Positions 57,045-63,412 of a DNA stretch of 63,412 bases are shown piece after piece. The notes under the pieces were generated by a model that saw nothing but the letters and a program-made list of their open reading frames with translations, searched no databases and had not been told where the DNA came from. This DNA is from Candidatus Tenderia sp. Its GTDB lineage: Bacteria; Pseudomonadota; Gammaproteobacteria; Tenderiales; Tenderiaceae. The stretch is taken from assembly GCA_031416075.1 (NCBI GenBank), contig JANOSY010000020.1:1-63412 (forward strand), read 5' to 3'. Numbering within the stretch: position 1 is the first letter of the stretch; each line of letters starts with the position of its first letter. The translations under genes and the position numbers were made by a program.

Positions 57045-57974
57045 GTGGATATTTTTTTACAGCAGTTGATTAACGGCCTGGTGCTGGGCAGCGTTTATGC
57101 GCTGGTGGCGCTGGGTTACACCATGGTCTACGGCATTATGGAGATGATTAACTTCGCCCATGGTGAGGTGACCATGGTCGGGGCGATGGTGGCACTGGCG
57201 GTGATTGGTGCCATTGTGGCCAGTGGTGTGGGTATGCCTGTGTTGTTGGTGGTGATGTGCGGACTGGCGGCGGCGGTGCTGGTCTGTGCCGCGCTGGGGT
57301 TTACTATCGAACGTATTGCCTATCGGCCGTTGCGTAATGCACCACGGTTGGCACCGCTGATCACCGCCATTGGCATCTCCATCATATTGCAGAATCTGGC
57401 GATGTTGATCTGGGGACGGCAGTACATCACCTTTCCACCGATCCTTGAGATCGAGCGCTACAACATTGGCGGCGCGACCATAACCTCCATACAGATTTTG
57501 ATTGTGCTGCTGTCGGCAGCGATTATGGTGGGGCTGTTGCTGCTCATCAATCGCACCCAGATGGGGCGGGCCATGCGTGCCACGGCCCAGAACCGGCGAG
57601 TGGCGGGGTTGATGGGGGTCAATATCAATAGCGTTATCTCCATGACCTTTGTGCTTGGCTCCATACTGGCAGCGGTGGCGGGGGTGATGGTCTGTGCCTA
57701 TTACGGCATGGCCCACTACTACATGGGGTTTATGCTGGGGTTAAAGGCGTTTACCGCCGCGGTACTGGGTGGTATCGGTAATGTAGGGGGTGCCGTGCTA
57801 GGTGGCTTGCTGCTGGGGGTGATCGAAAGCCTGGGGGCCGGTTACATCGGTCCGCTGACGGGCGGCTTTATGGGCAGCCACTATCAGGATGTATTTGCAT
57901 TTATGGTACTGATACTGGTTTTGGTACTGCGCCCCTCGGGGTTGTTGGGTGAGCGTGTGGCGGAAAGGCCTTAG
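57045..57974 (+). CDS. livH: Branched-chain amino acid ABC transporter permease
   Basis: QQLINGLVLGSVYALVALGYTMVYG; INFAHGE; GLKAFTAAVLGGIG. Confidence 0.95.
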   Translation: MDIFLQQLINGLVLGSVYALVALGYTMVYGIMEMINFAHGEVTMVGAMVALAVIGAIVASGVGMPVLLVVMCGLAAAVLVCAALGFTIERIAYRPLRNAPRLAPLITAIGISIILQNLAMLIWGRQYITFPPILEIERYNIGGATITSIQILIVLLSAAIMVGLLLLINRTQMGRAMRATAQNRRVAGLMGVNINSVISMTFVLGSILAAVAGVMVCAYYGMAHYYMGFMLGLKAFTAAVLGGIGNVGGAVLGGLLLGVIESLGAGYIGPLTGGFMGSHYQDVFAFMVLILVLVLRPSGLLGERVAERP

Positions 57975-57985
57975 GCCTTGTCTGG

Positions 57986-58456
57986 GTGACGACGCAGCTC
58001 ACGGTTCGGCCAGCGATGTTCGTGGACGTGGAGCAGATCAGTGCGCTGATTCACCGGGTTCTCCGCCAGTTTAATGCAGATGCGGCGGGTGAGGTGGCGG
58101 AGTGGTTATTGCGCTCCACTGCGCCATCTTCCATCGCTGACTGCCTGGGGGATGCCCGGTTTAACTGTTTGGTCGCCATGATGGCCGATGGGCTAGCAGG
58201 GGTGGTTACCATTCGTGACCAGCGCCATGTTCACCACTTTTTTGTCGATGGAGCGCACCATCGCCGCGGTGTGGGCACTGCGCTGTGGCAGCGTGCCAAG
58301 TCTGATGCAATAGCCGTGGGTCATTGTGAGGAGTTTGTGGTGCGCTCCAGTGAGTTTGCTGTGCCGGTCTATGAACGTTTTGGGTTTTCTGTGGCGGGTG
58401 AGCGGTTGGAGAAGGGGGGTGTTACCTTTGTTCCAATGGTGCTGGTGATGAGTTAA
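57986..58456 (+). CDS. GNAT-family N-acetyltransferase (Acetyltransf_10-like)
   Basis: HFFVDGAHHRRGVGTALW; SSEFAVPVYERFGF. Confidence 0.88.
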   Translation: MTTQLTVRPAMFVDVEQISALIHRVLRQFNADAAGEVAEWLLRSTAPSSIADCLGDARFNCLVAMMADGLAGVVTIRDQRHVHHFFVDGAHHRRGVGTALWQRAKSDAIAVGHCEEFVVRSSEFAVPVYERFGFSVAGERLEKGGVTFVPMVLVMS

Positions 58457-58479
58457 TTGAAGGTTATAAGGAGTCACGC

Positions 58480-58872
58480 ATGAAAATATTCAGAGCTCAG
58501 GGTCTCATACTCTCGTTAGGTGTGTTGATACTGGCTGGCTGCGCCTCCGGTTCGGCGATTGTGACGGGTGAGTCGCGGGGGCGAATCGAGCCGGAAGAGG
58601 TAAAACTCTATGTGGAGGAGCCAAAAAACTACGATGTGATCGGTGTGGTCAAGGCGTCGAGTGGCGCGGGCTGGTCGGAGCAGGCCTCCAGAAACTATGC
58701 GATTAAAGAGCTTAAAAAACAGGCGGCCAGGATGGGTGCCAATGGGGTGATCCTGGAGACAAACAAGGCGCGGAACTTTGAGCCGGTGCCAGAGTACGGT
58801 ACGGGGTATTTTTACTCCCGGCCTGCGTCGTCTGAGGATGTATCGGGCAATGCCATCTATGTGTATGAGTAA
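58480..58872 (+). CDS. Hypothetical lipoprotein (YbjQ/RcsF-like fold)
   Basis: AAGGAG RBS; LAGC lipobox; YDVIGVV...AIKELKKQAARMGANGVI. Confidence 0.8.
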   Translation: MKIFRAQGLILSLGVLILAGCASGSAIVTGESRGRIEPEEVKLYVEEPKNYDVIGVVKASSGAGWSEQASRNYAIKELKKQAARMGANGVILETNKARNFEPVPEYGTGYFYSRPASSEDVSGNAIYVYE

Positions 58873-58923
58873 TGTGCGGTAGCGCGTGGCTGTTGTCTCC
58901 TCTGAGTGGTGAGCTGTTTTTGT

Positions 58924-60045
58924 ATGTATAACCTCGTGCAACGTTTTACTAATGATCGCCGTGCTGCCTGGGTAGCGTTTGCTGCTGTTGGTATTCTGCT
59001 GGCGGTGCTGCCTTTTTTGGCTGAGGCTGGTCTAGGGCGTAGTTGGGTCCGTATTCTCGACTTTGCCCTGCTCTATATATTATTGGCGCTGGGGCTCAAT
59101 ATTGTTGTGGGTTATGCCGGGCTGCTCGATCTTGGTTATATCGGTTTTTATGCCATTGGTGCGTATGTCTATGCGCTACTCTCATCCCCCCATTTTGGGT
59201 TACATCTACCGCTGTGGGTGGTCTTGCCGCTGGGGGCGATGATTGCTGCCTTTTTTGGTGCGCTGCTGGGGGCACCAACGTTGCGGTTACGGGGCGACTA
59301 TCTGGCGATAGTGACGCTTGGTTTTGGCGAGATCATTCGCATCTTCCTGAACAATCTGGATACCCCGGTCAACATCACCAACGGCCCGCAAGGGATTAAT
59401 ATGATCGACCCGATCACGGTGGCGGGCATACAGCTTAGCCAGACCCATACGGTTGCCGGTATTCAGCTCTCCAGTACCTACAGCTACTACTACCTCTTTT
59501 TAGTGTTGACGCTGCTGTTGATCTTTATCTCCATCCGGCTGCAGGACTCTCGGCTTGGCCGTGCCTGGGTTGCCATCCGTGAGGATGAGGTGGCCGCCGC
59601 CGCAATGGGCATTAATACCCGTAATGTTAAGTTGCTGGCATTTGCCATGGGCGCGGCGTTTGCCGGTTTGAGTGGCGGTCTGTTTGCCGGGTTTCAGGGG
59701 TTTGTCAGCCCGGAGAGTTTTAATTTGATGGAATCGATTATGGTCCTTTGCATGATTGTGCTCGGTGGCATGGGGAATATCGCCGGTGTGATTCTGGGGG
59801 CACTGATATTGACCATTCTGCCCGAGGCGTTGCGCTATCTTGGGCCGCTGCAGGAGCTGCTGTTTGGTCGTGTATTGGCAGACCCCACCGATTTGAGGAT
59901 GTTGATTTTTGGCATGGCACTGGTACTGATTATGTTGTACCGCCCGGCCGGGCTGTTACCGTCGCGGCGGCGTGCCCGTGAGTTGCAGCCGGAAGGAGAT
60001 GCGGTGCAGCAGGAACAGGAGTCGCTGCATGATGCCCAGCGCTGA
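58924..60045 (+). CDS. livM: Branched-chain amino acid ABC transporter permease
   Basis: GLNIVVGYAGLLDLGY; LRLRGDYLAIVTLGFGEIIR; GRAWVAIREDE. Confidence 0.95.
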   Translation: MYNLVQRFTNDRRAAWVAFAAVGILLAVLPFLAEAGLGRSWVRILDFALLYILLALGLNIVVGYAGLLDLGYIGFYAIGAYVYALLSSPHFGLHLPLWVVLPLGAMIAAFFGALLGAPTLRLRGDYLAIVTLGFGEIIRIFLNNLDTPVNITNGPQGINMIDPITVAGIQLSQTHTVAGIQLSSTYSYYYLFLVLTLLLIFISIRLQDSRLGRAWVAIREDEVAAAAMGINTRNVKLLAFAMGAAFAGLSGGLFAGFQGFVSPESFNLMESIMVLCMIVLGGMGNIAGVILGALILTILPEALRYLGPLQELLFGRVLADPTDLRMLIFGMALVLIMLYRPAGLLPSRRRARELQPEGDAVQQEQESLHDAQR

Positions 60046-60808
60046 CAGGTCGCTACTGCTGGCAGAGAATCTTGCCAAAAGCTTTGGCGGGATTAAGGCG
60101 CTGAGCGGCGTTAGTTTTGCGATTGGCCGTGGCGAAATTTATGGTCTGATCGGCCCGAATGGCGCGGGTAAAACTACGCTGTTTAATCTGCTGACGGGGC
60201 TGTATACCCCTGATAGCGGTAGCGTTCACTTGAATGGCCAAAAGCTCTCAGCCGCTAAACCACACCAGATAGTGAGCGCCGGTTTTGCCCGCACCTTTCA
60301 GAACATCCGCCTTTTTGCCAATATGACAGCACTGGAAAATGTGATGGTGGGACGTCACATACGCAGCCGTGCGGGTATTGTGGGTGCAATTTTGCGTGAT
60401 CGCCGGACACGGGAAGAGGAGGCCGCAATCAGTGAACGTTCCATGGCGCTGCTGCGTTACGTGGGCATTGCCGCTGTGGCACAACGCCTGGCCTGTGAAC
60501 TCTCTTACGGTGATCAGCGACGGCTTGAAATCGCCCGCGCCCTGGCCACAGATCCTCAGCTGCTAGCGCTGGACGAACCTGCCGCGGGCATGAATCCCAG
60601 TGAGCGTATTGAGCTGGTGCGGCTGTTACAGACCATTCGTAGTGATGGCGTGACACTGCTGCTGATTGAACATGATGTCAAACTGGTGATGGGGTTGTGC
60701 GATCGTGTGGCCGTGCTCGACTATGGGGTAAAGATTGCCGATGGCACGCCCGCTGAGGTGCAGCGTGATGAGCGGGTGATTGAGGCTTATCTGGGTGCAC
60801 CAGCATGA
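60029..60808 (+). CDS. livG: Branched-chain amino acid ABC transporter ATPase
   Basis: GPNGAGKTT; RTFQNIRLF; LSYGDQRRLEIARAL; VIEAYLG. Confidence 0.95.
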   Translation: MMPSADRSLLLAENLAKSFGGIKALSGVSFAIGRGEIYGLIGPNGAGKTTLFNLLTGLYTPDSGSVHLNGQKLSAAKPHQIVSAGFARTFQNIRLFANMTALENVMVGRHIRSRAGIVGAILRDRRTREEEAAISERSMALLRYVGIAAVAQRLACELSYGDQRRLEIARALATDPQLLALDEPAAGMNPSERIELVRLLQTIRSDGVTLLLIEHDVKLVMGLCDRVAVLDYGVKIADGTPAEVQRDERVIEAYLGAPA

Positions 60809-61518
60809 CAACGTTGCTTCAAACCCGGCAGTTAGCGGTCTCCTATGGCGGCATTAAAGCCGTTAAGGGGATTGACCTTGAGGTTAAACAGGGTGAGTTG
60901 GTCTGCCTGATCGGTGCAAACGGGGCAGGCAAGAGCACGACCCTGAATGCGCTGTGTGGAGCACTGCCTTTAACTGGCGGTGAGATCCTGTACCAAGGGG
61001 TGTCGACTGCGGCAATGCCATCCCATCAGCTGGTACGCAAAGGCATGGCACTGGTGCCAGAGGGGCGCGGAATTTTTGGTCGGCTTTCGGTTGAAGAGAA
61101 CCTATTGATGGGTGCGTACATCCGCAAGGACCACAGCGCAATCAAGCAGGACATGTTACATATCTACGAGCTTTTTTCGCGACTGCTGGAGCGCCGTAGC
61201 CAAAAGGCCGGCACCCTTTCAGGGGGTGAGCAGCAGATGTTGGCGTTGGGACGGGCGATGATGAGTCGACCACAGCTGCTATTGTTGGATGAGCCGAGCA
61301 TGGGGTTGGCACCACTGATGGTGCAGAAGATATTTCAGACCATTCGCCAGATCGCCGCTGAAGGTGTGACGTTGCTGCTGGTTGAGCAGAATGCACGCCT
61401 GGCGCTGGAGGTAAGCCAGCGTGGTTATGTGATGGAGAACGGCTTGATCACACTGGCCGATTCAGCCGCTAACCTACTGCATAATCCACTGGTTCAGCAG
61501 GCGTATTTGGGGCAGTAG
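60805..61518 (+). CDS. livF: Branched-chain amino acid ABC transporter ATPase
   Basis: GANGAGKST; VPEGRGIF; LSGGEQQML; LDEPSMGLAP. Confidence 0.95.
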   Translation: MTTLLQTRQLAVSYGGIKAVKGIDLEVKQGELVCLIGANGAGKSTTLNALCGALPLTGGEILYQGVSTAAMPSHQLVRKGMALVPEGRGIFGRLSVEENLLMGAYIRKDHSAIKQDMLHIYELFSRLLERRSQKAGTLSGGEQQMLALGRAMMSRPQLLLLDEPSMGLAPLMVQKIFQTIRQIAAEGVTLLLVEQNARLALEVSQRGYVMENGLITLADSAANLLHNPLVQQAYLGQ

Positions 61519-61545
61519 TGGGTTGTTGTGGGCATGTTAAGCTGC

Positions 61546-62251
61546 GCGGATTCAAGTCTAAAGTTCAACTTTGATTAACGGCGACTAAGGGAGGTGAGAT
61601 GCGGTAGCATCCCTGCCCCTTTAATCGCCAAATTGAAGTTGCAGAGATGAACTACACGCATATCACCGAAGAGGAAAGATACCAGAGAGCCTTGCCCCGC
61701 GAAGCGCTTTGGGCATTTATGAGCTTCGCCACGAGGGGTTTAAGCTGGAAGCGATAGGCATGGTACTTGGGCGAGACAAGTCCACCCTCAGCCGGGAGCT
61801 AAAACGCAACAAAGGCGAGCGTGGCTATCGCCCCAGGCAAGCCCAGGAGAAGTCCGAGGCGCGAGCGCGTACTTGTGCCAATGGCCGCCGAGTTCCTGAA
61901 GATGCATGGGTCTACGTCGACGAGAAGCTCAAGCTGGACTGGAGCCCCGAGCAGATCACAGGGCGGATGGCGTATGAAGGGCTGGAAACAGTCAGCCATG
62001 AGACGATCTATCAGCATGTCTACGCAGACAAGGCTGAAGGTGGTGAGCTATATCGCCATCTACGTTGCCAGAAACAGCGGCGCAAGCGTTATGGCAGTGG
62101 CCAGTCGCGGCGGGGAAAGATTCCCAACCGTGTCTGCATAGAGCAGCGCCCCGAAGTGGTTGACGCCAAGAGTCGCGCAGGGGACTGGGAGGGCGACACC
62201 ATTATCGGTGCGGGTCAGAGCCAAGCCATTGCGTCGGTGGTAGAGCGCAAG
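61546..62251 (+). mobile_element. Truncated IS30-family element (transposase pseudogene 61647 to ~62251)
   Basis: Left end GCGGATTCAAGTCTAAAGTTCAAC; MNYTHITEEERYQ then frameshift; STLSRELKRN, WSPEQI, SHETIY, GDWEGDTI; similarity stops after VVERK. Confidence 0.88.
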
Positions 62252-62438
62252 TTCCAGGAATTTGAATCCGTGCAATTGATTAACAGCGCCTGGTTATTAA
62301 AACAGCTGCAAGAGGCCAATCAGCGCCAGCATTACGCCGCTTCATTGGAGCTGGCTCTCACAGATCCGGCACGCCGCTTGTACTATATCCATACCAGTGT
62401 AAAATTTTCATATTTCTAAGCTTGGCATTGGAACTTAT

Positions 62439-63245
62439 TTATTGCATGTAAGGTGCTGTTGGTGCAAGGTTTGTGAGGGTGGGCTCTTGTGTCTCTACAT
62501 CGCCATCGAACGAAAAATCTTTCACGGTTTCCTCTTGGTCAGATGCTAATGCATGGGCAAGTTTGTTGGTTATCCAGATGATACGTTCGTAATAGAATGC
62601 CATTCCCAGCAAGGTTTTTTTTGTCAGGGTATCTATTTTGTCATCCGATGCTAAATGTTTAGGTTTGAATTGGTTGATGGTTGCGTCGGGCCTTTCCGTC
62701 ATTTCAATAAGTTGGCTGATGCTGATAGGATCTTCTGACGCTACACTTTGGCAAGCTGTGCCCATGATCTCGTCCAGTGTTGAGATGATCTCATTGGTAT
62801 AAAGTTGCGATAGGTTCTGGTGTTGCGCCTTTTTTAATACGTCCATTAATTCATACAGATTTTTATCAAGTGAAGAGATCCATATCTGGATGCTATGTCG
62901 ATGTAATAAACATTCACTCTGTTTGACAGATAGATTAAGTTTTGCACATTCAGATATCTGGCGTTCAATTTCTTTATGGATTGAGCGATTGGCTTCGTAA
63001 AGTATTTTAGGGTCAATTTTATCGCTGCTGGCAATCTCTTGTCTCAGATGGTCAAAGAAGCGTGGGGCCCGTTGTAACAGACGCGCCTGTTCTTGTTCAA
63101 TGAGGGTTGAGGCGTTGTTGATGTCATTGAAGTTGATCTGATTGATATATTTCAGTTGTGAGAGTGACTCTTCGTGTGTAGGTGGCCATAGGCGGGCAAG
63201 GGTGCGACTGACTGGATTGATCACAGTCCATAATATTGCCCCGGA
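62439..63245 (-). pseudogene. C-terminal (PhoU-like) part of a Na/Pi cotransporter-family gene, 5'-truncated
   Basis: End of a TM segment (GAILWTVINPVSRTLARLWPP), then SQLKYI and helical repeats ending YYERIIW; upstream frame not continuous. Confidence 0.5.
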
Positions 63246-63412
63246 TCTCAGTGATCCCCTCATTTTTCAATATACCGCTGATTGCCGTAATTTTTTTCAG
63301 CCCATTGATTTCATGCGCGAACATGATCATTCTTGCGCTTCATTTATCGAGAAGGCAAATCATGAAGAAGCGGAGTATTGGGCGAATAGAAGATGTTCAT
63401 TCCTTTCTTGAT

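Overview
63.4-kb window of a gammaproteobacterial chromosome, judged from gene order and sequence. The core backbone is serB-asmA, tRNA-Gly(CCC), tsaC-purD/purH-fis-dusB-DUF3426-prmA-accC-accB-aroQ-tlpA-dsbD-cutA/fxsA, pilU/glnE-ilvE and livKHMGF. Several accessory blocks interrupt it. (1) An AT-rich region at 1-8 kb carries a cassette-like gene boundary, a tandem receiver protein and a three-gene cluster of leaderless, partly Cys-rich unknown proteins. (2) A ~10-kb block at 15.2-25.6 kb combines an SGNH/TPR hydrolase, an SxtJ/SxtK/carbamoyltransferase module, three divergent paralogues of a secreted protein family I cannot name (mature N-terminus EFxLNF) and a PD40/GlyGly-CTERM surface protein; this is the best candidate for an undescribed system. 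(3) A CSLREA/GlyGly-CTERM adhesin splits purH from purD. (4) A decaying island at 41-47.6 kb holds a clear hcnABC cyanide-synthase operon, an IS701 relic and SRPBCC/VOC/ArsR genes. (5) A putative papain-fold toxin/lipoprotein pair lies at 53.3-54.2 kb. (6) An IS30 relic and a truncated Na/Pi-cotransporter-like gene end the window. A 130-bp MITE with IS5-type ends and a TTAG target duplication occurs in three copies. All family assignments come from motif recognition by eye; no database search was run.
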